A stretch of DNA of 64,000 bases, from contig CAWIHR010000077.1 of NCBI GenBank assembly GCA_963835945.1, positions 6,792-70,791 on the forward strand, given 5' to 3'. The position numbers and the translations under genes are program-made. This document shows, in pieces, positions 44,652-54,584 of the stretch. Position 1 is the first letter of the stretch; every line of letters starts with the position of its first letter. Below the pieces are notes generated by a model that saw only the letters and a program-made list of their open reading frames with translations, was not told the origin of the DNA and ran no database searches. This stretch comes from an uncultured Chloroflexia bacterium (GTDB lineage Bacteria > Chloroflexota > Limnocylindria > Limnocylindrales > CSP1-4).

Positions 44652-45992
44652 TCAGGCGGGCTGGTTGAGACGTTGAGAGGCGAGCGTGGCGAGCCCGTCG
44701 GCGAGGGCCGAGACGAGCCCCTCGTCCTCGCCCTCGACCATGATCCGCAGCATGGGCTCGGTGCCTGACGGCCGCACCAGCACGCGGCCCCCGGTCGAGA
44801 GCTGGCCTTCCGCGGCACACACCGCGGCCGCGAGCTCCAAATCCGCGTCCCACTGGTCCTTGTGCCGTACTCGGACGTTGCGCTGCTGCTGTGGGTACAG
44901 CGGGATCGCGTCGGCAAGTTCCGAGAGCCGCCGACGTCGGCGCGCGAGGATCCCCAGCACCTCCAGCGCGGTGACGATCCCGTCTCCAGCGTTCGCGTGC
45001 TCAGCCACGATCACGTGCCCACTCTTCTCACCACCCAGCCCCGCGCCGGACACCAGCATCGCATCGAGGATGTACTTGTCGCCCACCGGCGTTCGAACGA
45101 CGTGCCCGCCGGCGCCAAGGATGGCGGCCGCGAGCCCGCCGTTCGACAGCACGCTGACAACCACCGTGCGGCCCATGAGCGCGTCCCGCTCGAGTCGATC
45201 GAGCGCGATCAGCCCGATGAGCCTGTCGCCGTCGACCACCCTGCCTCGCTCGTCCACGGCGACACAGCGGTCGGCGTCGCCGTCGAGTGCGAACCCAACG
45301 TCCGCGCCATCCTCCTGCACCTGTGCCGCCAGCGATGCAGGGTGCGTGGCTCCACACTCGAGGTTGATGTTCACGCCGTCGGGCGCGTCGTGGATCGCCG
45401 TCACCCGAGACCCTGATTCGCCGATGATGCGGGCCGCCACGCCGCACCCGGACCCGTTCGCACAGTCCACGATGACACGCAGGCTGTTGGCGCTCCGGTG
45501 CGCCAGCTCGACACGATGGGCGACATACTCCTCGACCAGGTGGCGCGCGTCCACGTCGCGGCCGATCCCAGCGTTCGTCGGGCTTGTGAGCTCGTCGGCC
45601 CGCCAGATCAGCGTGTCGAGCTCGTCCTCCAGCGCATCGTCCAGCTTGATGCCCCGCCGATCGAGCACCTTGAGCCCATTATCGTCGGCGGGGTTGTGCG
45701 AGGCGGATACTACGATCCCGGCGGCGAACGCCCCGGTCCCGGCCAGATGGGCGAGTCCCGGCGTGGGAAGGACCCCGACTCGATACACGTCCACACCCAT
45801 CGACGTCGCGCCCGCCACGATCGCGGCGGCCAGCATGTCGCCGGACCGCCGCGTGTCCTGGCCAAGCACGATCGGCCCTTTGCCAGCCGCCAGCAGATGG
45901 GCGGTGGCTCGGCCGAGGGCGTAGGCAAGGGTCGGCTTCAGGTCGACGTTGGCGATTCCTCGAATCCCGTCGGTGCCGAAGAGCCGCGCCAT
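44652..45992 (-). CDS. glmM: phosphoglucosamine mutase
   Basis: Contains MARLFGTDGIRG and the active-site segment SASHNPADDNG. Confidence 0.97.
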   Translation of the reverse strand: MARLFGTDGIRGIANVDLKPTLAYALGRATAHLLAAGKGPIVLGQDTRRSGDMLAAAIVAGATSMGVDVYRVGVLPTPGLAHLAGTGAFAAGIVVSASHNPADDNGLKVLDRRGIKLDDALEDELDTLIWRADELTSPTNAGIGRDVDARHLVEEYVAHRVELAHRSANSLRVIVDCANGSGCGVAARIIGESGSRVTAIHDAPDGVNINLECGATHPASLAAQVQEDGADVGFALDGDADRCVAVDERGRVVDGDRLIGLIALDRLERDALMGRTVVVSVLSNGGLAAAILGAGGHVVRTPVGDKYILDAMLVSGAGLGGEKSGHVIVAEHANAGDGIVTALEVLGILARRRRRLSELADAIPLYPQQQRNVRVRHKDQWDADLELAAAVCAAEGQLSTGGRVLVRPSGTEPMLRIMVEGEDEGLVSALADGLATLASQRLNQPA

Positions 45993-45995
45993 CCG

Positions 45996-47255
45996 TCAGG
46001 CCCCCGGAGTGCTCGTGGCAGTGGGCGACGGGCTCGGGGTCGGCGCCGTCACCGTCACCTGCACGGATAAGGGGCTGATCGCAAGCAGCGACGTGCCGGG
46101 CGGGGGCGTGAACCGCACGGGCACGGTGAAAGTCCCGGCGTCCAACCTGGCCACGCTCGCGGTCACATAGAGGCCGGCAGGATCGGCGTCGTCTAGCGCA
46201 CTACTGGAGCCACCGAGCGTCACCAAGACGTCGGGCACCGAGAGGCTGTACGTGCGATCCGACCGGGCGCCCGTCAGCAGGACGCCAGCGGCAAAACTGC
46301 GCGAGCCTGTTTCGACCATAACCTGGATCCGCACCTGGACTCTGGTCGATCCCAGCACAGTGATCCCTATGGGCGGCTGGAGAGTCACCATCGTGGTCAG
46401 GTCCGTGGTGCGACCATCGACGCTGATCGGCGCCGTCGGCACGCTCGTCAATGCCTCCATGGCCGATCCCGATCCGCTAAGGGTTGCTGTGAGCGGCGTG
46501 ACCGTGACATCCAGAATGTCATAGCCCTGGGCGAGGTTGCCGGTGACGTTCGGGACGACGGGCAAAGTGCGGTTGACCTGCTGCTCGCCGACCAGGATCG
46601 TCACATGGACGCTGGATGGCTGGATAGTGACTGGCGAGATCACGTTGCCGCGAGCGTCGACCGCGACGAGGTCGACGTTGGTATCGACGTTGGCCCCGCT
46701 AGGATCAATCGCGACGCGCGCCAGCGCCGCGGCGACCTGCGACACGAGCGAGCTTGCCCCGCTGACCGAAACCGCGGCGGGGCTGGCTGTGGGCTGTCCA
46801 GCGGTGAACCCGGGCGGCACGGCGCCCCGGTAGACGTGCACGGCGACCTGCTCGACGATGACGGGGTCGAGACGGGCGACGACCGTCGCAGGCTCCCAGC
46901 TCACTACCTGGATGCGCTGATCTCGGGCCACCACGCGCACCGGTACGGTGACGGGCGCCCCGTTCGGCTGAGCCCCGACCCCGGCCAGATCGGCGGTGGC
47001 GACAAACGACGAGTTCGTCACCTGCGCGGCGACGTCGAGCGGCGCGATGTACTGGACGGTGGTCACGGTGCCCAGGCCCGCAAGCAGGAACGTTCCGGCC
47101 GGCTGGTCGATTGCGTCAATCGTCACCGGCCCGTTCCAAGTCCGAGCGTTCTGAGAGATCACGAGCCCCAGGTACAGGACGATCGCCAGCGCGATCGCGC
47201 CCAGTCGCAGCGGCCAGTTCCGTACCAGGACGCGAAAGAGCCGGCGCGTCCTCAC
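45996..47255 (-). CDS. cdaR: YbbR-domain protein (CdaR-type regulator of diadenylate cyclase)
   Basis: GTG at 47255 overlaps the cdaA stop. Has an N-terminal TM helix and repeated YbbR-like beta-rich modules. Sits in the canonical position between cdaA and glmM. Confidence 0.75.
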   Translation of the reverse strand: MRTRRLFRVLVRNWPLRLGAIALAIVLYLGLVISQNARTWNGPVTIDAIDQPAGTFLLAGLGTVTTVQYIAPLDVAAQVTNSSFVATADLAGVGAQPNGAPVTVPVRVVARDQRIQVVSWEPATVVARLDPVIVEQVAVHVYRGAVPPGFTAGQPTASPAAVSVSGASSLVSQVAAALARVAIDPSGANVDTNVDLVAVDARGNVISPVTIQPSSVHVTILVGEQQVNRTLPVVPNVTGNLAQGYDILDVTVTPLTATLSGSGSAMEALTSVPTAPISVDGRTTDLTTMVTLQPPIGITVLGSTRVQVRIQVMVETGSRSFAAGVLLTGARSDRTYSLSVPDVLVTLGGSSSALDDADPAGLYVTASVARLDAGTFTVPVRFTPPPGTSLLAISPLSVQVTVTAPTPSPSPTATSTPGA

Positions 47256-48196
47256 GTGCGGTCGGTCCGCCCGGCCGACACGGCGCCAGCGGTCGCTCCC
47301 GGCCCGCCGCGCCGCGACCGGCGGGGCACGCTGGGGCGCGGCCACCCTCGCCCGGTGCGGCCGAGCCACTCCATCTTTGCCCGGTCACGGCCGTCGAGGT
47401 CGCCACGGAGCGCGGCGTCGAGCCGCAACAGGGTAACCAGCGCCACCCTCAGCTGCTCCTCGTCGAGATTCCGGACGATGTGTCCGCGCTCGACCAGCCC
47501 GATGGCACCGGTCTCCTCGCTCACGACCACCACGAGCGCATCGGTCTCTTCGGTGATACCGAAGGCGGCGCGGTGCCTCGTCCCAAACCGTTCGCCGCCC
47601 GGGCCGCTCCCGGCCAGCGGCAGCACCACGCCGGCCGCGAGAATCCGGTCACCCCGGACGATGGCGGCCCCGTCATGGAGAGGCGAACGCGGCATAAAGA
47701 TGGTGCGCAGCAACTCCGCCGACAGGTCGGCGTGCATCATGACTCCCGTCTCGCAGAAGTCTTCGAGGCCCGTCTCGCGCTCGAGGACGATTAGGGCCCC
47801 GTGTCTGTCCTGCGCGAAACCGGTGGCGGCCCGCGCGACCTCGGCAGCGACGTGGTCGATCGGTCCTTGCTGCCCAGGCGCCAGCATCCAGCCCAGCGAA
47901 CCCACGTGTCCGAGCCGCTCGAGCGCGCGGCGCAGCTCCGGCTGGAAGACGACGACCAGCGCGAACAGGCCCACAACGGCGCCGGCCTGGAGGATCTGCG
48001 AAAGGAGCTGCAGGCCGAGCAACTGGGCAAGCACGTAGACGCCGTACAGCAGGGTGACCCCGATCACGAGCCGGAGCGCCCGGGTGTCGCGGATAAGGCT
48101 GAACAGTCCGTAAATCAGCAGCGCTGTGAGCCCGATATCGAGGAAGGTCGATGGCTTCGGCTGGATGCCCGAGAGCAGGTCGACGAGTTGCTGCAT
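47252..48196 (-). CDS. cdaA: membrane diadenylate cyclase (c-di-AMP synthase), CdaA type
   Basis: Three N-terminal TM helices. The DAC domain carries HDGAAIV and GTRHRAA. Has an Arg-rich C-terminal tail. Confidence 0.9.
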   Translation of the reverse strand: MQQLVDLLSGIQPKPSTFLDIGLTALLIYGLFSLIRDTRALRLVIGVTLLYGVYVLAQLLGLQLLSQILQAGAVVGLFALVVVFQPELRRALERLGHVGSLGWMLAPGQQGPIDHVAAEVARAATGFAQDRHGALIVLERETGLEDFCETGVMMHADLSAELLRTIFMPRSPLHDGAAIVRGDRILAAGVVLPLAGSGPGGERFGTRHRAAFGITEETDALVVVVSEETGAIGLVERGHIVRNLDEEQLRVALVTLLRLDAALRGDLDGRDRAKMEWLGRTGRGWPRPSVPRRSRRGGPGATAGAVSAGRTDRT

Positions 48197-48235
48197 GGCC
48201 GGTTCAGTGTAGCAGCGGCCTCCCGGCGCCCAACC

Positions 48236-49408
48236 TCACGACTCCGCCGCGCGTCGCGCGTGGCGGTGCGCACGGGTGCCGCCGCCGGGCGGACTCGCCA
48301 GCTCCCTGAACGCCGCCACCCGCGTCAGACCATCCTCGTCGCCCTCGAGTGACAGGAGCCGGTCGAGCAAGTCCAGCTTCTCAGCGGCCCGGCCGTGGTG
48401 CCCGGTCGCGAGGTCGATCCGCGCCAGCGTCAGGTGGACGTCCGTCTCGGCCGGGGCTGTCGCGAGGGCGCGGAGGCATGCGTCGACGGCCGTGTCCGCC
48501 GCGCCCGCCTCCAGGTACTGCGTCGACGCGTCCACGTACAGGCGAGCCGCCTCCCGCGCCTTGCCGTCGGCCGCAAGATCCTCGGCCGTGACGAACAACT
48601 CGTCTGGATTGACCGGCTTGGACGATGCCGGCCTGCCGGGCTGCGCTGGTGGCGCGGTCGTCCCGCTGGGTCGGTCCAGCTCGGAGGCTTCTGCGGGCGC
48701 ACTAGAGCCCGCGTGCTCGCCGGGGTCCCCCGGCCTGCTGATCCCCGTTGCTGCCGCGGGCTTGACGCGCGGACGCGGCTCCCTGGGCACTACCTGTGCG
48801 GCGGGACGCGCGGGCGCGGTGAGCGAGACGAGAGATGCGGATGTCGCGGGTTGCGCCGTCGGGGCAGGTCTCGGCGACGACGCTGGTGCGCCCGTCAACA
48901 CGACTGCCGGCACCGCACCCACTCCGTCCACGGTGCCCAGGGTCCAAACGGAATCTGCGAGCCGGGCGCGTTCGGCGTCAACCGCGGACTGCAGCGCGGC
49001 AAGGCGGTCCCTACGAGCGTCTGTCGGGTCCGCCGCCATCGCCCGAGTGGCCGCCGAGCACGCGTCCTCTGTGCGGCCCTGTCCCTCCAGAATGTCGGCC
49101 AGCCGGTCGAGACAGGCGGCTGCGTCGACGCCGCGACCGGCAGCCGCGTGGATGCGGGCGGTGAGGTCCAGCCCCGCCTCGTCAAGGGGAGCGAGTCGCA
49201 GCGCCGCGGCTGAGGCGGCAAGGGCCTCCTCGTGACGGCCCAGCCGCAGCAGCACGTCCGCCATCCCGATGTGCGGCAGCGCGCGGTCCGGCGCGATCGA
49301 CGCGGCGACGCGGTAGTGTTGGAGCGCGTCGTCCGGCCTCCCGCGCAACGCGGCAACATGGCCGGCGCGCAGCGCTTCCTTGTATCGCTCGAAGATCGGG
49401 TCCGGCAT
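48236..49408 (-). CDS. TPR-repeat protein with Pro/Ala-rich central linker
   Basis: TPR-like helices at both ends (ALQHYRVAASIAPD.., ARLYVDASTQYLEAG..). Internal ATG at 49408 chosen as start. Confidence 0.65.
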   Translation of the reverse strand: MPDPIFERYKEALRAGHVAALRGRPDDALQHYRVAASIAPDRALPHIGMADVLLRLGRHEEALAASAAALRLAPLDEAGLDLTARIHAAAGRGVDAAACLDRLADILEGQGRTEDACSAATRAMAADPTDARRDRLAALQSAVDAERARLADSVWTLGTVDGVGAVPAVVLTGAPASSPRPAPTAQPATSASLVSLTAPARPAAQVVPREPRPRVKPAAATGISRPGDPGEHAGSSAPAEASELDRPSGTTAPPAQPGRPASSKPVNPDELFVTAEDLAADGKAREAARLYVDASTQYLEAGAADTAVDACLRALATAPAETDVHLTLARIDLATGHHGRAAEKLDLLDRLLSLEGDEDGLTRVAAFRELASPPGGGTRAHRHARRAAES

Positions 49409-49582
49409 GCGTCCAGCGTCGCATACGGCGGCGCGGGCTGCAAGGCGGACCAGTCGCAGCCGCACGCGACTCAAGCGCGCCCGGCTCTCGACTGTCTGAG
49501 GAGATGCTCCGCCCCCGGGACCGCCCTCTCCCTAGGCAACGACTACCTCGGACGGCGGACGAACTGCCGCGTCCAGGCCGAG

Positions 49583-49606
49583 CGCCGGGGCCGGCCGGCC
49601 CCGGCG
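49583..49606 (-). terminator. 24-nt perfect GC palindrome after rpsI
   Basis: Sequence CGCCGGGGCCGGCCGGCCCCGGCG, 20 nt downstream of the rpsI stop. No U-tract. Confidence 0.35.
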
Positions 49607-49625
49607 ACGGACCCGCTGGCTCGAA

Positions 49626-50027
49626 CTAGCGCTTCGTGTACTGCGGCGCCTTGCGCGCTCGCTTAAGGCCGTACTTCTTGCGCTCCTTCATCCGCGGATC
49701 TCGGGTCAGAAGCCCGGCCTGGCGAAGCGGGACGCGGGCCATCTCGGGGTCCGACTGCAGCAGCGCGCGGGCGATCCCGTGGCGGATCGCGCCGGCCTGC
49801 CCCTGGTAGCCGCCGCCCTCCACCATGACCATGGCGTTGTAGTGACCCTCGGTTCCCGTGACACGGAACGGCATCAGGATCTCGGACTGGTTGATCGCGT
49901 TGCCGAAGTGCTCGTCGAGACTGCGTCCGTTGACAACGATCTCACCCTCACCCGGGATCAGCCGGACGCGAGCGACGCTGGTCTTTCGGCGACCCGTCCC
50001 GTAGTAAAAAGCAACATTGGTGCTCAT
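49626..50027 (-). CDS. rpsI: 30S ribosomal protein S9 (uS9)
   Basis: C-terminal ..[18 protein letters not shown]. Confidence 0.97.
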   Translation of the reverse strand: MSTNVAFYYGTGRRKTSVARVRLIPGEGEIVVNGRSLDEHFGNAINQSEILMPFRVTGTEGHYNAMVMVEGGGYQGQAGAIRHGIARALLQSDPEMARVPLRQAGLLTRDPRMKERKKYGLKRARKAPQYTKR

Positions 50028-50476
50028 GCTCTCGTGGTCTCCGTTGAAGCCAGCGGTTCGGGCCGCTGCGCCTGGTGCGGGTGCTCGGCTCCCGAGTACA
50101 CCTTGAGCTTGCGCAGTTGCTGGGCGCCCAGGCGATTGCGCGGCAGCATCCCCTTGATGGCGCGCCGGATCACTTCCTCTGGGCGCCGCTCGAGGAGATC
50201 GCCGAGCGTCTCCTGGCGAAGTCCGTTGGGGTACCCGCTGTGGCGCCAGTACACCTTCGACTCGCGCTTGTCGCGCGTGACCGCGATCCGCCGGGCGTTC
50301 ACGATGATCACGTGGTCCCCGGTGTCGATGTGGGTCGCGTACTTGGGCTTGTGTTTGCCCTCGAGGACGCGCGCCACGCGCGACGCCAGGCGGCCGAGCG
50401 TCTGGTCAGTGGCATCGACCACGAACCACTGGCGCTCGATCCCCTCCTCGCTAGGCGTAAACGTCTTCGTCGTCAT
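50024..50476 (-). CDS. rplM: 50S ribosomal protein L13 (uL13)
   Basis: Contains [24 protein letters not shown] at 50476 overlaps the truA stop. Confidence 0.95.
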   Translation of the reverse strand: MTTKTFTPSEEGIERQWFVVDATDQTLGRLASRVARVLEGKHKPKYATHIDTGDHVIIVNARRIAVTRDKRESKVYWRHSGYPNGLRQETLGDLLERRPEEVIRRAIKGMLPRNRLGAQQLRKLKVYSGAEHPHQAQRPEPLASTETTRA

Positions 50477-51225
50477 CCTTCTCCGTCCGTCGAGCCGGCC
50501 CGTCTGAACACGACGCGCCGTAGGCACAGCCCATGTGGCGGCGCCACCGCACCGTGAAAGGCTCGAGCGCCGGACCCGAGGGCCTCGACGATCTCGCCGA
50601 CGGCGAGTTCTCCGCGACCCGCGCGGAGGAGCGCCGCCACGATGCTTCGCACCATCTGGCGCAGGAACGCGTCCGCGGCGACGTCGATCGTCACCTCGTG
50701 TCCCGTCCTGCGGATCCGGATCCAGTGAATGGTCCGGATCGGTTGTCGATCTGTCACGCCAAAGGCCGAGAAATCGTGCCGGCCCACCAAGGCCGACGCG
50801 GCCTCGGCCATCGCCGCGACGTCCAATGGGTCCCGAACCCCGAGCGCATATCGCTCGCGGAGCGGGCTCCGCGGCCCGTTCCAGACGGTATAGCGATACT
50901 CCCGGTACCGCGCCGCGTAGCGAGGGTGGAAGCCCGGTCGTGCCCGGCGGACGCCGCGCACGCCGATGTCGGCCGGGAGGATCGCCGCGAGCGCTCGCTC
51001 CAGCTCTCCCGCCGGAAGCCGCCCAGGGTAGGTGAACGCGATCACTTGCCCCGCCGCATGCACCCCGGCGTCGGTCCGGCCGGCGGCCACCACGCGCACT
51101 CCGCGCCTGTCAGAGACACGCGCAAGGGCTGCCTCCAGCTCTCCTTGGACGGTTCGCCGGCCAGGCTGGGCCTGGAAGCCGTCGAACTCCGTCCCGTCAT
51201 ATTCGACCCGTGCTCTGTAGCGCAC
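50473..51225 (-). CDS. truA: tRNA pseudouridine(38-40) synthase
   Basis: Contains YRARVEYDGTEFDGFQ and AGRTDAGVHA. GTG at 51225 has a GAGAGGG RBS, and an ATG at 51273 is the alternative start. Confidence 0.9.
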   Translation of the reverse strand: MRYRARVEYDGTEFDGFQAQPGRRTVQGELEAALARVSDRRGVRVVAAGRTDAGVHAAGQVIAFTYPGRLPAGELERALAAILPADIGVRGVRRARPGFHPRYAARYREYRYTVWNGPRSPLRERYALGVRDPLDVAAMAEAASALVGRHDFSAFGVTDRQPIRTIHWIRIRRTGHEVTIDVAADAFLRQMVRSIVAALLRAGRGELAVGEIVEALGSGARAFHGAVAPPHGLCLRRVVFRRAGSTDGEG

Positions 51226-51286
51226 GGGGCCACCCTCTCGGGCGGACCTCGGACCGACCTCGCGGCCGGTCATGCCTATCGGCGCC

Positions 51287-51640
51287 TCAGACGAGCTCGA
51301 TCTGGACGATGGGCGCGGCGTCGCCGGCCCGTTGGCCGAGCCGTACGATCCGCGTGAACCCCGACGTCCGGTCGGCGTACTTCGGTGCGATCTCGTTGAA
51401 GAGCTTGTCGATTACGAGCGGCTCGTCCGGTAGCGCGGCGACCACGCGACGGCGCGCCGTCAGGGAACCATCGCGCGCGAGCGTGATCATCTGCTCGACC
51501 CGGCCGCGGACCTCCTTGGCCTTGGCCTCGGTCGTGCGCACCTGCTCATAACGCAGGACCGAGACGACCAGGTTGCGGTACAGCGCCAGGCGCGGTCCCT
51601 GCTTTCGGCCGAGCTTCCGGCCGTCGATCCGGTGGGCCAT
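51287..51640 (-). CDS. rplQ: 50S ribosomal protein L17 (bL17)
   Basis: Contains GRKLGRKQGPRLALYRNL. Confidence 0.97.
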   Translation of the reverse strand: MAHRIDGRKLGRKQGPRLALYRNLVVSVLRYEQVRTTEAKAKEVRGRVEQMITLARDGSLTARRRVVAALPDEPLVIDKLFNEIAPKYADRTSGFTRIVRLGQRAGDAAPIVQIELV

Positions 51641-51643
51641 CGC

Positions 51644-52693
51644 TCAGGCCTCTGTGTCGGACGGCACGATGTCATCACCCTCGTCGCCATCGAGCGCATC
51701 AAGGGCGTCCTCGTCCTCGGGGAGCTCGTTGTCGGCGCCGGCCACCTCGTTCGCCTCGTCGTCGGGAAGGGTAAAGCCGCGCATTCGAAGCCGCTCCTTC
51801 ATCTCGTCGAGCGACTTCTTGCCGAAGTTGCGCATCCGCAGCAGGTCGTCGTCGGAGAGCTGCAGGAGTTGCCCGACCTTGACGATGTTGTTCCGCTTCA
51901 GCGAGTTGTACGCCCGCATCGGCAGGTCCAGTTCCTCGATCGGCATCTCTAGCATGTTCGCTGGGAGCTGCGGGGTGGAGGCACCGGCGCCGGCGCCCGC
52001 ACCGACCTGCTTGCCGGCCGCTGTGAACAGGCTGAAGTGGCGAACGAGAATGTCCGCCGCCATCGACAGCGACTCCTCCGGCGAGATGGAGCCGTCCGTC
52101 TCGATCTCCAGTGTCAGCTTGTCGTAGTTGGTCATCTGGCCGACTCGGACGGGCTCGACTGTGTAGTTGACCTTGCGGACTGGCGAGAAGATCGCGTCGA
52201 CCGGGATGACCCCGATGGGTAACGGCTCGGTCCGCTCTGCGCCTAGGTACCCGATCCCGGCCTCGACCGTGAGGTCCACCTCCACCGCGACGTCGCCGGA
52301 GTCGAGTGTCATCAGGTGGAGTTCGGGGTTGATGATCTCCACCTCGGCGGACGGCGTGATGTCAGCGGCCGTCACTTCACCCGCCCCGCTCTTCGTCAGC
52401 TTGAGCTGGACCGGGTGGTCGGGCGAATAGCTCTTGAGCCGCAGGTTCTTTACGTTCAGCACGATCTGCGTGACGTCTTCCTTCACGCCCGGGATGGTGC
52501 TGAACTCGTGGTAAACATCGCGGATCTGGATCGCGGTAACCGCGGCGCCCTCGAGCGACGAGAGCAGCACGCGGCGCAGCGCGTTCCCGAGCGTGACGCC
52601 GTAGCCCGCCGGCAGCGGACCGGCCTCGAATTTCGCATAGGACGTCCCCAGCTGCTCGATCGACTCGATCTGGGGGGTCTCCAGTTGCATCAT
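51644..52693 (-). CDS. rpoA: DNA-directed RNA polymerase subunit alpha
   Basis: Contains GVTLGNALRRVLLSS and the C-terminal domain segment LDLPMRAYNSLKRNNI. Confidence 0.97.
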   Translation of the reverse strand: MMQLETPQIESIEQLGTSYAKFEAGPLPAGYGVTLGNALRRVLLSSLEGAAVTAIQIRDVYHEFSTIPGVKEDVTQIVLNVKNLRLKSYSPDHPVQLKLTKSGAGEVTAADITPSAEVEIINPELHLMTLDSGDVAVEVDLTVEAGIGYLGAERTEPLPIGVIPVDAIFSPVRKVNYTVEPVRVGQMTNYDKLTLEIETDGSISPEESLSMAADILVRHFSLFTAAGKQVGAGAGAGASTPQLPANMLEMPIEELDLPMRAYNSLKRNNIVKVGQLLQLSDDDLLRMRNFGKKSLDEMKERLRMRGFTLPDDEANEVAGADNELPEDEDALDALDGDEGDDIVPSDTEA

Positions 52694-52703
52694 GTACGAC
52701 GAC

Positions 52704-53330
52704 CTACCTCGAGTAGTACTCGACCACGAGCTGCTCGTTGAGCTCGAGCGGCATCTGGTCGCGGCGCGGAAGGGCGGCGATGGTGCCGCTCAGCCGCTCG
52801 GGGTCCACCGCCAGCCACTCCGGCCGCGGCGCGGCGCCCATCTGCGTGCGCGCGTTCTTGAACGGGTCCAGGGAGCGACTGCCCTCCAGAACCTCGACGC
52901 GGTCGCCGGGGCGAAGCTGATACGACGGAATGTCGGTCGGCACGCCGTTCACCGCGAAGTGCCCGTGGTTCACGAGTTGGCGTGCCATAGGCCGGCTGCT
53001 GGCGAATCCCATCCGGTACACGGCGTTGTCTAGCCGCAGCTCGAGCAGCCGGAGCAGGTTCTCGCCGGTAACGCCGGGGCGAGAGCGGGCGAGGACAAAG
53101 TAGTCCTTGAACTGCCGCTCCATCACCGAGTAGACCCTGCGGAACTTTTGCTTCTCCCGCAGGTGCGTCCCGAAGTCCGACATCTTGCGGCGCCGGATGC
53201 CGTGCTGCCCAGGGGGGCTGGGGCGCCGCTCGACAGCGCACTTCTTGGTGTAGCAGCGGGTGCCCTTTAGGAAGAGCTTGGTGCCCTCCCGTCGGCACAG
53301 CCGGCAGACTGAATCGTGGTAACGGGCCAT
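52704..53330 (-). CDS. rpsD: 30S ribosomal protein S4 (uS4)
   Basis: Begins MARYHDSVCRLCRREGTKLFLKG. Confidence 0.97.
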   Translation of the reverse strand: MARYHDSVCRLCRREGTKLFLKGTRCYTKKCAVERRPSPPGQHGIRRRKMSDFGTHLREKQKFRRVYSVMERQFKDYFVLARSRPGVTGENLLRLLELRLDNAVYRMGFASSRPMARQLVNHGHFAVNGVPTDIPSYQLRPGDRVEVLEGSRSLDPFKNARTQMGAAPRPEWLAVDPERLSGTIAALPRRDQMPLELNEQLVVEYYSR

Positions 53331-53346
53331 GCGCTCGCGCTCCTGC

Positions 53347-53742
53347 TCAGACCCGGCGCCGCTTGGGCGGCCGGCAGCCGTTGTGCGGGATGGGCGTCAC
53401 GTCGGTGATGGCCGTAACTTCGAGTCCCGCCGCCTGCAGCGACCGGATGGCCTGCTCGCGTCCGGCACCGGGGCCCTTTACGAAGACCTCGACCTGGCGC
53501 ATGCCGTGGTCCATTGCCCGCCGAGCCGCGCCGTCGGCGCTCAGCGCCGCGGCGTACGGCGTGCTCTTGCGGGAGCCCTTGAACCCCGCCAGCCCGGCGC
53601 TCCCCCACGCCACAGTCGCTCCCGAGGGATCGGTGATCGTGACGATCGTGTTGTTGAAGGAGGCCTGGATGTGCACGTGGCCGGTCGGCACATTCTTGCG
53701 TTCGCGGCGTCGGGTCTTCGTTGCGCGCTTTCGATCCGCCAT
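53347..53742 (-). CDS. rpsK: 30S ribosomal protein S11 (uS11)
   Basis: Contains [15 protein letters not shown] and ..[16 protein letters not shown]. Confidence 0.97.
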   Translation of the reverse strand: MADRKRATKTRRRERKNVPTGHVHIQASFNNTIVTITDPSGATVAWGSAGLAGFKGSRKSTPYAAALSADGAARRAMDHGMRQVEVFVKGPGAGREQAIRSLQAAGLEVTAITDVTPIPHNGCRPPKRRRV

Positions 53743-53778
53743 ACGTCGGTACTACCTGCTGCTACGTTCCGGTGGCTG

Positions 53779-54150
53779 CTACTTCTTGCGGCGTACACCG
53801 ACGGTCCGCTTGGGGCCGCGACGCTGCCGCGCATTGGTCTTCGTCCGCTGCCCGCGCACGGGCAGGTTGCGGCGATGCCGCAGGCCCCGGTAGGAGCCAA
53901 TCTCCTGGAGGCGCTTGATATTGAGCGCCACTTCGCGGCGCAGGTCGCCCTCGACCTTGTACCGCCGATCGATGATGTCGCGGAGCCGGTTGACCTGCTC
54001 TTCCGTCAGGTCCCGCACACGGGTGTCGGGATTCACGTTTGCCTGCGTCAGGATGATCTGGCTCGTGGGGAGGCCGATACCGTAGACATACGTCAGGGCC
54101 ACCTCGACGCGCTTTTCGCGCGGGAGATCGACGCCGGAGATGCGTGCCAT
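53779..54150 (-). CDS. rpsM: 30S ribosomal protein S13 (uS13)
   Basis: Begins [26 protein letters not shown]. Confidence 0.97.
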   Translation of the reverse strand: MARISGVDLPREKRVEVALTYVYGIGLPTSQIILTQANVNPDTRVRDLTEEQVNRLRDIIDRRYKVEGDLRREVALNIKRLQEIGSYRGLRHRRNLPVRGQRTKTNARQRRGPKRTVGVRRKK

Positions 54151-54157
54151 GCTGCTC

Positions 54158-54271
54158 CTAACCCTGGCGCTGCTTGTGCTTGGGATTTGTGCACAGGACC
54201 ATCACCGTTCCGTGCCTGCGGATGATCTTGCACCGCTCGCAGCGCGTCTTCACCGACGCTCGGACCTTCAC
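54158..54271 (-). CDS. rpmJ: 50S ribosomal protein L36 (bL36), Cys-containing form
   Basis: GTG-initiated 37-aa product (M)[36 protein letters not shown]. Confidence 0.9.
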   Translation of the reverse strand: MKVRASVKTRCERCKIIRRHGTVMVLCTNPKHKQRQG

Positions 54272-54287
54272 CGTTGCCTTACCTACC

Positions 54288-54506
54288 CTACTTGAGTCGA
54301 TAGGTGATGCGCCCGCGCGAGAGGTCGTACGGGGACAACTCAACGCGAACCCGATCGCCGGGGAGGATGCGGATGAAGTTCATCCGCAGCTTGCCGCTGA
54401 TGTGGGCAAGGACGCGATGCCCGTTCTCGAGTTCGACAGCGAACATCGTATTGGGCAACGGCTCAACGACCGTTCCCTCCACCTCGATGGCGTCCTTCTT
54501 GGCCAC
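54288..54506 (-). CDS. infA: translation initiation factor IF-1
   Basis: Begins [41 protein letters not shown]. Confidence 0.97.
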   Translation of the reverse strand: MAKKDAIEVEGTVVEPLPNTMFAVELENGHRVLAHISGKLRMNFIRILPGDRVRVELSPYDLSRGRITYRLK

Positions 54507-54584
54507 AGGCGACCGTCATTCCCCTTTGCCGAGTGATCGGCGGGCACCACGTCACAGGCACGTGGCACGCGAACGCTAAGTGTA

